Positions 13,477 to 26,566 of a DNA stretch of 64,000 nucleotides are shown piece after piece. The notes beneath the pieces are model-generated. The model had not been told where the DNA came from, searched no databases, and saw nothing but the letters and a program-made list of their open reading frames with translations. Position numbers and translations under genes: made by a program. This stretch comes from Lama guanicoe (taxonomy: Eukaryota). The first letter of the stretch is position 1; each line of letters opens with the position of its first letter. The stretch covers positions 12,848,879-12,912,878 of the forward strand of contig MU053881.1 in NCBI GenBank assembly GCA_013239625.1, in the 5' to 3' direction.

Positions 13477-13685
13477 CAGTGCTACCTAGTAAAAGTTACA
13501 GTGATGATGGAGATGTCCTATATCTGTATTGTCCAATGTGGCAACCACTACATGCATGTGGCTGTTGAGCGCTTGAAATGTGACTAGGATGACTGAGGAA
13601 CTGAATTTTAAATATTATTTACCTGTAGTTAATTTTAATTGAAACAGCCACATGTAGCTAGTGGCTTCAATATTGGACGGTGCAG
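13477..13685. mobile_element. MER3 (hAT-Charlie) element
   Basis: Collinear with the remembered MER3 consensus: gatgatggagatgtcctatatctg...tgtggctgttgagcgcttgaaatgtgactag...actgaggaactgaatttta...cagccacatgtagctagtggc...tattggacggtgcag. Confidence 0.9.
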
Positions 13686-16600
13686 GTGGATAACAGTATC
13701 CTTGATGGAACTCCCTGGACAGTGTGAATTAAGCCATCTGGAAAAGTTAGGTACCTTGCCAGAGAGCATGCCGTTACCGTTTCCATAAAGCATTTGCATT
13801 TTGACTGGTCTTCAAAACATCTACCTTGGTAAGACCTGTGAGTTAGTCAGGCACACTGGAGTGGCAGGAAGAGAGAGTTTGAGGGCAGGAGGCCCTTTTA
13901 AGATCAGTGGAGTCATAAATTAGGGTGTATTTATATTATGTGCTAACTTTAGAATCTAACCTTTCAAAACTAATAAATCTCTTAAAATAAATTAAGATCT
14001 AAGGGCTTAATGTTAAAATTGGTTAAACTGACATGAAAGGACAAACATTTTACAGTCCCCGCTCACCCCAGCTTACCTCTAGAGAATTCATCTTTGTGTT
14101 TAAAGCAGAATGATATATAGAACTTTTTGTTGTTGTTCTTTCCTTGATCTGCTTCAGTGTTTCCTAAATTCTAGTGTGCAAACGCTTTTCTGAATTCAAT
14201 TGGGTACGCAGAATTGTGTGTACTATATTTCACAGGTAATTTAAGGGCAATTTTTAAATAATTGATTTTGACTTCTGTGCTGACTTAACTAAGTCCTGTG
14301 TGACTCATCTAACTCTCCCAGTGCTTAATCCTAGCCCTTTTATTTAAAATTATTTTCCCCCAAGGTCATGAAGCAGATCAATTCAGTATTGCTTACTTCA
14401 ACCACATTTAAAGCATTAAAAAAATTCATTCCTCCAATTGTCTGAATTTTCTATGTATTTGTAAGCTCAAAGGCCTAATTGCTAAAAGCAGAGTTTGAAA
14501 TAATCTAATAAATTTCAAGCATATGAGGATACTGAATAATACCTATTTCTAACTTTTTGTTGTTTTCCAGGTCAGCAGAAGCTTTACATTTTTAGAATCT
14601 TTTCAGAGTCAACTTATGAATAAATATTCTTTGAAATTTTAATTATAGAAAACTAAACATTCCCTTTTCCAAATTTTCTAGATAGGTTTCTTAATATCTG
14701 CTTACCTAGAAATCATATCATATGGCTTCAGATTCTCCAGCAATTAATGTCTTTAAGTAAATTAGTAAATCCCTAAGCATCATGCGAGGGACTGTTGTGG
14801 AAGCCAGAAGGATCTAACAATATTGTCACTATTCAGATATTTTACAATATAGCTGTGGTCACAAAATAATTACAGGTGAAATAAATCTGAGTGATTAGCA
14901 TTATTAGGGCTTCTTCTAGAAGTTACCAACTATATTACAAGTCAATTTGTGTCAAGATATTTAAAGCAATGATTTTTAACAAGCATATACTTGTGTAAAA
15001 CATTTCACAGCTTGGCAAATAAATTCTGATCAACACATAAAATATATTCGGTGCTTCTGAAACACACATACACAGACACACACGCAGAGTTGATGTCTTT
15101 CACGGGGAATGTTTTATTTGTGTTTGAATTGGAAGTTTCTCAGGAACCTATATTTAGGAGAAACACCTAGATAATTTATTAAATGATAATAACTCAAGTC
15201 TTAATCATCTTTGTGAAACAATCCGATGTACTTAACAATGCCTGCATTTTTTGTGTGACACTGAGTCTTAAATTCTCCAGTTGTGCCCTATGCAAATATG
15301 CTCACTGTTTAACTAAAGCAGACTCTTCCTTATGTCTTGCTCCTATGACTAGACTGTAAGATGGGCAAAAGGAAGGACATAGTTCCTCACGTTGATGCAG
15401 GATTCCAAGAAGAGAAAGCACATGATTCCAGTTGGGTCTTCCATATCCATCTTTAAAGGTTTCTATTCCTTAACTACTTTTTACTTATTTCCAAACAAAA
15501 TTAAGTTTGCTCTCTTAATTTCTTAGTTTAGGTCCTATTTCCTGATTGCTTCACAATTCACTTCTGCAAATATGTTTTTGAGTACAGCCACCTTGCCAGG
15601 TACTTAAAGATGGTCCTTGCCCTGAAGGAGCTCATCTTGAGTGATGTTATCCTTCATTTATCCTTCTCAGTCTTTATCTTCTTTCCCACTTTGAGTTATA
15701 CCATAAATATTCATGGAGCACTTAGTAGAAACTCAATAAATATTTACTGAATAAAAGAAAACGTAGATGTGCAGGGCCCTGTGCTAGGCTATGCCCTGCA
15801 TTTTAAAAGATTAATGACTCTGGCTGAGTGTGAAGTGGAAACCCGCCACTGCAAAGCATATTAAGAAGTGAAAAACCAATTTTGTCTTTGCCATAATACC
15901 AGAAAGATACCATTTCCCCCTCCCCCTTAAAAAATACATAAGAATAAATCCAACTGAATGGAGCTTGAATGTGGTTTCAGGAATCATACTTTTGCTCAGA
16001 AGAGAGGCTGTACTTTTCAGGGTATCAGCTTTAGCATCCAGAAATCAGTCTGAACAAAACAGTCACCTCAACACCTCCCGTGTTCTTCTGACCCAGATAA
16101 CTATTGCGCAGTAAGGCATCGCTCAGTATGGCCCTACTTGTGCAGAATTGCTGCCCCTTGAGACCGAGTTCCCTTTATTACTGGGATAAGTGAAGGGAAA
16201 TGCTCTTCCAAGGGGACAAGAGTGTCACTGCCCACTCTGTTGGCTGAGGTAATTTGTGGGCAGTAAAGAGGACTTTATAGATTTTAAAAAATATCTTCGG
16301 CCTTTTTTTCGACTAGTGGAAGACCCAGGTTCTCAATGAAAACGAATGCTATAGAATATAGAAAAGCATGTGTCAGATAGACCTAACCTTTTCCCACCTC
16401 TGAGTAACCCCATAATATTCCATTTGCTATCCCATACATCTTTATTGAACTGCAGTACGGAGCCAAGCTTTGGGGATCTAATCCTTCTTCTCAAGAAGTT
16501 CCTGTTGTGCGTGGGAGAAAATCACACGTAGCACTTCTTGTACTATGATGCAGATTTATGTAACTCAAAAGTGGAGCCAGCCAACCCCTCCAAACGCTCT

Positions 16601-18134
16601 CATAGTGATTTGTATCCACTGACTTCTGTGAGGACAACCACTCAAACTGTGGCAGTGACCAGGTTTTCAGCAGATATGGGTTTAACTGTTGTACTGGGGA
16701 TAAGGGAGAGGGGAGACCATGCTGTTCATATGGCAAAGGAGACATCAGAGAACGTGTGGTCTGCCTCAACTAGATTGCACAACAGAACATTATCTTCAGA
16801 AGCTAGCAGAGTTTTGGGCTATGTTATGGTGACTGATACTGCTCTGATTAACAAAAATGATAAGTGTTTTTTCATCTTGTGAGGAAAATAGAGATTCTTA
16901 GTTAAAAGATCTTAATCATCCAGGGACACGTTGGTGCCCTGACCACTTCACTGTGGGAGGAGATGAAGAGCATCTTTGTTTAATGAGAGATTGTTGAATT
17001 GTTGTGGAATATGAGAATGAGGGGCATCAGCAGCATCAAAATCCAAAAACCATTTTTCAGTGAATATAATTATATGGAAACCTCAAAAATTACTTTGGAG
17101 GGATTTTGCAAGGAATTCTGTTTCCCATGAATGTGAAAGGGGGTTCAGAGCCAGTAGAAATCGGTTAGTGTGTTCAAGAGCTTAGATAGGATATGGGGGA
17201 CAGTAAGATAATACAGGAGCAAAAAAGTATAATGATTAATTAGTTGCATTCTTATCTTCACATTGATACCTGTGACTTTCTTTACTGTGAATTATGTCAA
17301 CCTGGGCCACTTGGGGCCCATCATCTCCATTAGTATTTGAACAACATTAGACATTCATTTTTGGCAGGTCTGCCATGAATAATCTGAACCACTCCTGTTT
17401 TCCTGACCCAAACCAAGAAGCACAAAAGATCCCAACACAGATCAATAGGAGAGGACTTGAGATTCTGGAAGGGAATTGGGGGAATAGTGAATGGAAAGAC
17501 CACAGACTCAAGTGACAATGTTATACAAAGTACAGTCATGAGAAAGGAGAGAGAGAGAACTGAAAAAGGTTTTCTAAGTTGATGAAGAATGAACTGAGCT
17601 AATAGAAAAATTACATCCAGAACAATCTTTAATTTGATAACAAATTCATGATGGAAGGAAAAAACCCAACAAGAATAACAAGTAAAAGCTAATATCCTAA
17701 TTCCTTTCCATGAAAGAATAACTTTATTTTTAACATATTTCCAATGTCCTCCAAGAATATAACGCTTTGTTTTCAAGTAGCATTTTGAGAAATGTTTGGA
17801 AAATGTTAAGAAAAAATATGAGGAACCATAATATTAAAGAATATATTTCTGCTACACAAATTTCTTGGTTCTCAAGGGCCTACCAGGATTTCCCCCAGCA
17901 GTCCTAAACTGAGGAATGCTTGTGCTTACTCTGTCCTCTGTGAAGAAAGAGACTTTTTCATCTTTGTATGTGAGCCACTTAATGCATCTTGGAAAATCAG
18001 TAAGCATTTCTTATTCGACAGAATGTTGATGAGAAAGTTTGCTATAATTTTTGGTACATCTATATCTATTATTCTTAGAAAATCAGGAAAACAATTTAAA
18101 TCCCTTTGACTGGAAACTTGAAAATACTACTTTC

Positions 18135-18169
18135 TGTGTGTGTGTGTGTGTGTCTGTCTGTCTGTCTGT
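18135..18169. repeat. (TG)n(TCTG)n compound microsatellite
   Basis: tgtgtgtgtgtgtgtgtgtctgtctgtctgtctgt. Confidence 0.95.
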
Positions 18170-18180
18170 ACTTTCTAGGG

Positions 18181-18364
18181 TAGTGAATCTCAGTCCTAGC
18201 AGCATGCTGGTAGCACCTGGGGAGCTTTGAGAACATACTGGTGTCTGGAGTTCATCTCCAGAAAACCTTAACTTTTGTTTGTTTGTTTGGGTTGGGTCTG
18301 AAGATGAGTACTCTTAAAAAATTCTCACTTTTAAATAATATTTTACTATGATTGAGGAACACTG
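18181..18364. mobile_element. MER5-like hAT-Charlie element
   Basis: agtgaatctca...cacctggggagcttt...tgaggaacactg: decayed CAGTG...CACTG terminal inverted repeats and typical length (~185 bp). Confidence 0.7.
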
Positions 18365-21010
18365 TATTAGGGGAAAACATATTTCATTCAGCTTTGTAAT
18401 TCTGAAATCTTTCCCAGTGTTGATGAATTCTATTTCTCTACACTTTACACTGTCAGATACAAAGCAGAGGAAAGTCTGTACGATGAATGCCCATCTTAAA
18501 CCTATGATACTCTGTTTGGAAGAATCTTTAATGTCTCTGAATATGATCCAGGTTTAGTTCCCATGGGTCAGTAACAGAATAGTCTTTGAATATGTCTGCC
18601 TTAATCATTATTACCACACATTGGCATGAAAAATTACTGGAACATAGATCAGTTCACATGAAATATGCCTTGATTTGACCATATTAAAAAGTCATGTGTT
18701 TAAAAGTGCTGTTTTCTTTGTATAATCAAGAAACTGAACAAAAAGCATAGACTAGAGTCTAAATCTCTTTAGACTCCACTTTGATTCGCTAAAACTGTTT
18801 CAAGACTTACTTTGCTGGAGAGGAATCAGCTTCCTATTGATATAAACCAATAGGAGAGGCTGATACTGGGAGTGAATGCAAAATGTTCAGTAGAAAAGCA
18901 GATGGGTAATATAGGCGAGAACAGAAATTAAATGTCACAAAGCAAAACTTTCTAAGTTTAGAAACAGAAGCATTAACATTTAATATGACTTCTGCTTCTG
19001 ATTCTTAAATAGTTTCCCTAATCACCTGTCTCTTAATACCTGATTGCACTTGACTTTTCCGTGCACCTTGGCTGATTAACAAACTGGCTTCCTCAGGAGG
19101 AAAATACGTGTTTCTCCTGGGGAGAGGAGTTGTAAGAGCCTCCAAGAAAAAAAAATATTGTTGCCATGTTAATTTTCCTGATAGAATGGATGAAAAACAG
19201 CATGGACACAAAATGGTCAAATTCTTCTTAGGAATTCGCTGCCTCACTTCTGCTATGCTCTCCTAGGATTCTAAAGGTTTCTCAGTGACCTTTTCAATAT
19301 ATTCTATTGGGATACTAGCCATTTATGGAAAAACACTTTGAGAGTAGCTCCCTACTGTAGCAGTAGGAATTCTAATCCCACTCAAGGTGTATAAAGCTTG
19401 TGAAACTCTGCCAAGAAGGAGAGCACTCTTTCAGGAGAAGGAAAAGAAATCTCCCTGAAGAATCCCAAGCAATTTACCAACGTTTAATAAGCCTTTTATT
19501 GTGTTTTAAATAAGCTCTGATACTTTATTACTCTTAATCACAAATATACATTAAAATTTATTTAAAAAGTCACAGGGGATGCCCTGGATTGGAGGCAAGT
19601 TTTGAAGTTTAATAGACTGTGGATTCCTTTATTGCACTATAAATATCAAAATATTACTTCTTTAAGGATCTAAATACTTGCTCATAGCATGTAACCCAGA
19701 AATCCATTTTCAAATGTTTCATGAATTTGTAACTACTTTGTTTTTCAAACATTTAGAGGCATTGCATAGCTAGATTATTTCAGGGACATCTCAGAGTGTC
19801 TGTTGACACATGGGAGAAGATACCCCTTCATGCACCGCACACACACACACGTACCATTGCACTTTAGGGAGTTCGTCAGTGTCCTCTAAGTTCAAGTTTG
19901 TTGTTGTTTCCTCCATGTTTTAGCAATAAAGTGATTTTCTCTTGTGCAGTGGATGGAAGAATAATCTGACAGGACAGGAGGAGTGAGTGCACCAAGAATA
20001 TTATGACAGTACAAGGTAGCCAAGCTTAAATTTGAATTCATGGTCAGCTCACAGTTATCACTGCCTTCCATCGTGAACAGTCCAACTGGCATGCATGGTG
20101 GCCCCATAACATTTGCCTAAAGGTCTGTTTGCCCTTTCTTGTAGAATATCACAAATTGCTTCATCAAAAATTCCTGTTAACCATATGCATCTAGCATAGC
20201 TCTTACTGTGCTGTAAACTTAGTTGCCTTACCTGTTTATATTAGCAGTGCCTTGAGTTTAACAACCTAATTTGATTTAATTTTTAATTTTCAGTTTATAT
20301 TTTGTATTACATTGTAGGCAAGCACAATATAGGCGTACTAGTGTGAATGTTGATTGTTGTCTTTGAAATTTCAAGGAAAAGAAACTGTGGATGATTTAGT
20401 AGAGAATAAATTTATCCAAGAATGTCTGTTAGTTACAGACCAGATAACCAATTATAAGTTCTCTCCCCTGCTGCTTCTCTTCATTATGTGTATTCACTGG
20501 GGGACTTCTAGATAAAGTACCCCCTGCTCGACCAGCCAAGCGATGGACATGAAACCCAAGATCAGGTTTTTCTCCCGAGAAATTGAATCTTGAGCAGTTC
20601 ATGGAAGGATAGCCTAAAGCGATTATCCAATTGTTTCTGCTCCACAGATTCCTCAAGGTTTTCTTGTGCCTGCCCTTTGTAACGTTTGATGCTTCATTTT
20701 CTTTTTCTTTTTTTAATTCCCTGTGTCAGTTTACTTTACCTTGCTAGAGTTGCTTTCTACTTATAGTTACCCAACAACCCTTCTATAATGTCTCCCCAAA
20801 TGTGGGCATGGTACATAAGCATAAGCCATGTTGAAGAAACATCACTGGTTTCTCAATCCCTTTGCCTCAAAACAAACAAACAAAAATTGATAAACAAATG
20901 AATACATGGATTACTTTTGCACAATCACAGAAAGCATTTAATTCTGGAAGATGACCTATGATAAAAGAAATTTTCACATATTGAGATACAGAGTCATTCT
21001 GGCTTATACA

Positions 21011-21456
21011 TGAATTAACTTGAATTTAAACTAAAACAGCCTGTTTGTGGCCTACATTGTCCATATGCTTTAATTATTAAGGAAAAGGGCACGTTGACCA
21101 GAAGTAAAGAATGTCTATGTTAAAAACAAAGATTAAATGTCCCTTTTCCCAGGACGCCAGTGCTGTTCCTCCCTAGATGATAAGACTCCCTTCTCAGGTG
21201 CCACGGCCACACTGACTCGTCTTGTAGGGTGGAGGTGGTGGTCTTACTTCTATTTTTTATTTTTTTGAAAACTTGAAGAGCTGTATCCCTGATTTATTAA
21301 TGTTTCTTCTGACAAGTTACAAAACTGTGCTTGAAACCATGCTTCTCCAGAGCAGTGGTTGAGAATAATCTAGGAAGTGGTCTTATGGGCTAGTCCTCAG
21401 TTTAGCTCCAATAAAATTCTGTCCTATTCGTATTATTGACTTTTTTTTAAGCTCCA
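21011..21456 (+). mobile_element. Solo ERV LTR (ERV1-like sequence)
   Basis: TG...CA termini flanked by tataca (21005-21010 / 21457-21462). tagtcctcagtttagctccAATAAA (21410-21415) resembles the R/U5 region of the LTR at 26069-26566. Confidence 0.75.
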
Positions 21457-23999
21457 TATACATAAAGCTTTATAATATTAGTTTAGAGTAAAATCTGTAT
21501 GGATATAAAAATTATTACTGAAAAATGGTTATTGATTCTTTATCGATTACTTATGTCAACGCCTATTTGTGAAAAGAAAATTCGTCTTTTGTTTTGCTAA
21601 CTTGTGAATCTGGCTGACCTAATGCTGATGATTTTTCTACTTTAGTTGATGTCAAACCTTAATTTCTAGAAAAATTACTACATGTGCTACTGAGTTGTAC
21701 CCTTGATAATTAAGGCCAAGGCTGTTTTTGAACAACTGTTACGATAAATGATGTGCCTGGTAAGTCATTTACAAAGTGGCAGCTGCTGAGAGTGAAACCA
21801 AACCAAAATCTACTACAGGAAGGTCAGTCTCCACCTTCAAAAGCAAAGTGGAAGATGATTGTAATAATTTATATGGTTTATGTAAAACTTATTTTTAAAA
21901 TACAGGATTTGTGCTTTGTTTTCTCTGACTTAATGTGCCACGAGGGATGAAACAAGCCTTAAGTCACTGTATTTCTTTGATGGTAAAGGTAGAGGGTTAG
22001 ATTAACTCGTAATCAAAACAAACTTTCATTTTCCAGAATAGTAGGGTTGGCTACTACCATATGTTCTAATTTCCTTTCCACGAACACATTTCCTGCCATA
22101 CTGAGTCTCATTTCTCCATTTCTGTGAGTGGGTAGTTTCATGGACATAGTGCCTCCCAGAATCCAATAATATGGTTGAGCCTGAAGAGGTTGTTGGCTGG
22201 TTTTGCAATGCCTTTTACTTTTGCCTGTGAGGACAAAAGTTTAACTTACATTCCCCTCGAAGTAGGTGGAGTTGTAGTCATTATGCAGCTGAGTTCCACC
22301 TGCCTCAGCGTTGCTGATTTTCTGTATGGCTTCTTTGGCTGCCTGAGGCCGGAATATGCCAGATTCACTTTGTTTCTAGGAAGTGTACCAGTCTCCTCCT
22401 TTCTCACTCTTCTTGGGAGTTCTTGTTCCTAAACTAGTTGGGATGTTCGCTGTGTTTGCCTAAAGCAAAAGCATGATATAATGCATTACCTATCCAACCA
22501 ATTATACAGTGTTTAAAACCTTTGAAAGAAGTATCTTTAAAATATAAATGAAGACAATAAATAGGCCATTTAAAATGTCCATTTTCCTAAATGTGAGCCA
22601 TTATTTAGTCCATTTGTTAAAGCACAAATTCCATTATATGGTTGATGGATTGTTAGTAATTCTTTGGCTTTCTTCCATCTGCCCAAGGAAAGATATATGA
22701 AGAAATTTAATAATGTCTTTATTACTTTTTAAAAGTTCCTTGTTTTAAGTGGGAATAGCTTATAAATGTACCAAACTATAAGGCCATTTTCAGATTGCTG
22801 TAAATCCATGTCATTTTTGTTTCCATCTGTCATAAAATGTCTTTTAGATTGAATGTGGAAGATTCCTCTGGCTTTAAGCCATACTGTAGCAATGTCTTAA
22901 ATATTCTCTTTGAGCACTGGTTAAAATAGCAATGGAATTAATGAGCTATTCATAAATTAAATGTTCATTGTACACTGTATAATTTTTTGTGGATTGGAAT
23001 ATGAGATAGTTGTATCAAGAGCTAATCAATTATCTGCTGAATTTAATCCATCTGTACTTGAATGCTTTAATTCAGAACCCAAATGTTTTTGCCTAGAGAG
23101 TAAAGTTTATATCTAAAATCAGTCGAATACTTGTATTTACAGAGGACATCTGCCTATTTATATTTTTAACAGAGTAACTTCTTCAAATATATTTTTAAGG
23201 ATCTGTGGATGGTTTCATTCCTGACTGTCTCTTTTTAACTGAAGAAATATTTCCACATTTTTATTTTTAATATATGGAATATAGATTTACTGAAGAAGCA
23301 CAAGATACACATATTAAATACAGAGGCATTAGAGAGTTTAATTTTCTTATCAGAAGGAGAAAATAAGTGGATGAAGGTAGATGTTAGTTGGAAAGACTGG
23401 TAAATAGAGTAGATTAAAAAAAAGAGGGAGAAAGTTTTTGTGTGGTGTGTGTATGTATTTTCACAGTAATTTACAAAGTTGAAAAAAACATGCAATTTGG
23501 AACTGCACGTTGCCTCACTTATTTTTCTATAGAAAGGAGATGTGTCTGTATGAATTCTAAAAGTATGATGAGAAAGTCGCATGTATGTTTACCTAGATTT
23601 TTTTTTTTTACTTTTAATGTAACAAGTAAAACCATTCAATGCATGACTATTCCAACATCTAATTCTGGAATCCTTCAGGAATTTTGCAGACAAAAAATAC
23701 ATGGAAGGGACAGTTACCTGAACTGACCTAGAACATTTAGATATATGAAGATTTAATACTGCTCTTGGCAATGCCTTGATTTTTATTTTTCAATACAAAG
23801 ATAAAGGTAAACTAGTTTCCATGTATCTTCGTCTAGTGTTCTCTGTGCCTAATTATCTACTATTTTTCTCCTGTTCTGGATCTTAAACCTTTCCTTCGGC
23901 TGAACCCTTCCTAAAAGAAGAATTTAAAGATCCTCAAATATCTATCAACTCATACAAATATATATCCATATTTAATTTTCCCAATATGATACCCACATC

Positions 24000-24900
24000 A
24001 GGAATCTCCCATTCTTCCTTTTTAGGGTCAAGTTATTTGAAAGAATGTCTTTTCTTGTTCACCTCCTATTCAGCAAACATTTATCACATAATCATTTATC
24101 TTCTGTATTTACCACTCCATAGAAACTGATCTCAACCAAGATATGAACCATTCTCTAGATGTTAAATGCAGTGACTACTTTTCAGGTCTTATTTGAGTTC
24201 TCTACGCTGTTTGTCACTGTTGAGAACAGTGACTTCCTACTTGACACATGTTCTTCCCTTGTGACACTTGACTCCCTGTTCTTCTATCTCCTGCTGTGGA
24301 TAATTCTCTGTGTCCTTTTCAGAGCCCTTTGACCATGTTAATTAGTCTTCCTCTGTGGTCAGCACTAAGCCTACTGTTTTCCAGTCTCAACCCTTTCTAG
24401 GAAAACTCCTTTGCTCTCATGGCCTCAAATTCCAAAGACATGCTGATCCCAAATCTTCATCTCTAGGACTCTGGAGCCAAATCCCTACTGTTTACTCTTA
24501 GATATCTTTCTATATCATTATTCCTTCCCTGCCTCCCCACCCCCTAAACCTGCTGCTCCTTTCCTGTCTTCTCCTTCTGTGAAACCGTCTCATGCATACA
24601 GTTGCTAAGTCCATCTTCACCTCCTGACACCTTGTACACATCCCTTTGGTCTTATGTGGTACCTCCTCCTTGGCTGAGCCCCTCAATCTGAGTTATGTGG
24701 TCTGCTGTGTGCGCCACTGCTCCCACACCACCAATTGCTGTCTAATTTTATCTGTCATGACGCATATTCTGCCTCCCTCACTAGACATAAAACTGTATGA
24801 GGGTCAGGACTTTAGATGTTCACAGGCTTATCCCACTTGTGATAGCGTAAGAACCTAGCACACGGTGAACTTCAAACATTTCCTCCATGCATGAATGAAA
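24000..24900 (+). mobile_element. L2 fragment(s): decayed RT region through 3' tail
   Basis: accactccatagaaactgatctcaaccaag...ttttcaggtcttatttgagttctctacgctgtttgtcactgttga (decayed L2 RT segment). ctagacataaaactgtatgagggtcaggac...atgaatgaa tail. Confidence 0.75.
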
Positions 24901-25040
24901 GAGAAACGGGAGGTGGACCATGTAGGGCAAGCCAAAAGGGAAATCAGCCTTAGCAACAGCAATGGGCCTTTTCCAGACGTTGACTGACATGGAGCATGTT
25001 CATTTCAGATCCTACTGAAAAAGCATGGTAGTCATCATAG

Positions 25041-26035
25041 TTTTATCGGCCAGAATTTTTTATTGCATATAACTGAAACACAAATAAAAGTGACTAAAAC
25101 TGAAATCAAACTGACTTCAGCAAAATGGGGAGATTTATTGCCTATAGACACTGAAAAACCCCAACCAGTCCAGTAGTAGCTGGAGCTAGGGGCTCAGGTG
25201 CTATCAAGGGCCATTTCTGTCTCTGTCTTTTGGCTTCACTTGCAGTCAGATCATTCTCCCAGCTTTAGGTATCATGGAGTCTCTCTTCTTTATGGCAACA
25301 GATGCCTTGTAATTGAGCTTCATTAGTCTGAGTTGCATTATGTTTCTATACCTGGACTAACCATTTATACTGGGGGATCACTGCTGCTCTGATTTACAAG
25401 CCCTGGTCACATACTGTCTCCTCGAACAAGAGGTTCTGCCAGAGAAATTAAATTACATAAACTGAGGGTCAGGGAGACAGTTTTCAAAAAAAAAAAAGCT
25501 CTACGACCAGTAGCAGAGGGAATGGTACTGTGCAGTGATGACTGAAATAAATGCGCAGCCTGAAAGTTGAGAGTCATGTTTATTTGGCGGGAGGACTGGA
25601 GCCGGGATGACAGCCCTCCAGATGGCTCTGAGGGACTGCTCCGAAGAGGTAGGGGAGGAGCTAGGATATCTAGGAGCTTTACAACAAAGACCAGGTAGTT
25701 GGAACAATAAAAGATTACTTGGTATCTAAAGAAAACCAGGCATCTCAAGTTAAAGAACTTAGTGCTTTTCTTTGTATGGGAGGAAGCAAACACTTGGGCT
25801 CATTGAATTCATTCCTTTGACAAGCACCTAGCTATCTAGGGCCAGAATCCTGTCCTTTCTTATTCTGAGTCCCCTCAGAGTGCACCATTGTGAGTGGCGG
25901 CAGGGGCTGGGCTGCAGGCCTGTCCTCACTAGGGGGTGGCGGCAGCTGCTGATGACTTGGTTTCAGCATTCTTTCTTCACTGATACGGTTGCAATATTTT
26001 CATTCACAGCAGGCAGGATTGGTAGATCAGTTACC
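25041..26035 (-). mobile_element. Old MLT1 MaLR LTR, interrupted by the ERV1 LTR at 25536-26008
   Basis: tatcggccagaattttttattgcatataactgaaac...gatttattg...agctggagctaggggctcagg...ccctggtcacat...gagggaatggtactgtgcag|gcagg... Confidence 0.65.
25536..26008 (-). mobile_element. Young solo ERV1-type LTR
   Basis: TG(25536)...CA(26008) with perfect 4-bp TSD GCAG (25532-25535 / 26009-26012). Minus-strand AATAAA (tttatt near 25579-25584). CpGs retained. Confidence 0.92.
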
Positions 26036-26068
26036 TGAGGATGGTAGCACCAGCCGTGTTCTTGATTT

Positions 26069-26566
26069 TGCTAACTGAAAGTCTGGTGCTTGCCATCTGC
26101 CTCTACAAGGATCGGATCACATTGGCACTTGCCGTCTAACTCTGCTTGGATTAAATCACAAACCACTGCAGCCGCCGACTTCCAACGCACCCTGAAAGGA
26201 GTTCAGGGTGGAGATCAGGAATAAGGCACTCTTTGCTCTGGGAAAACTGGCAGAAGAGGCCTTCAGATACTTAGGATATTTTCAGGAGAAGATTTTATGA
26301 CCCCAATTCTTGCATCTCCAATATCTAGAAAAGCACTAAAATCATTTACAGTGACATCTGCTCCTCGTGACGAGCAGCAAGCCCCTGCCTAGATATGTGC
26401 TCGACTGCACGTGCCCCCCTTCACTGAAATCCTATATAATACCGAGTTCCCCCTCTGCCCCTTTGGAGCTTTCTGGGATGCTGTCTCCCAGGCTATAGCC
26501 CTCATTTTGCCCCAAATAAAACTTAGCCCACAAGTCTCACGTTGTGTGATTTTATTTCAGTCGACA
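26069..26566 (+). mobile_element. Young solo ERV1-type LTR
   Basis: TG(26069)...tcgaCA(26566) with TSD attt/attg (one mismatch). TATA box ctatataat (~26432-26440), AATAAA 26515-26520, internal hairpin caccctgaa-aggag-ttcagggtg. Confidence 0.9.

Noticed and set aside
14077..14163. 87-nt open minus-strand exon candidate (ETLKQIKERTTTKSSIYHSALNTKMNSLE, donor GAG|GTAAGC)
   Set aside because: The acceptor has no pyrimidine tract, the peptide is unrecognised and no partner exons were found.
16538..16882. 114-aa ORF in unique sequence
   Set aside because: No recognisable homology, a non-ATG start and no convincing splice context; the length is compatible with chance.
17100..17210. Possible CR1/L3 3' end
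   Set aside because: Only a short motif (gttcaagagcttagatagg) resembles it; too weak without an HMM search.
19935..20020. Plus-strand exon candidate after ttttctcttgtgcAG
   Set aside because: The 66-nt version has stops in all frames; the 33-nt version relies on a modest donor and has no other support.
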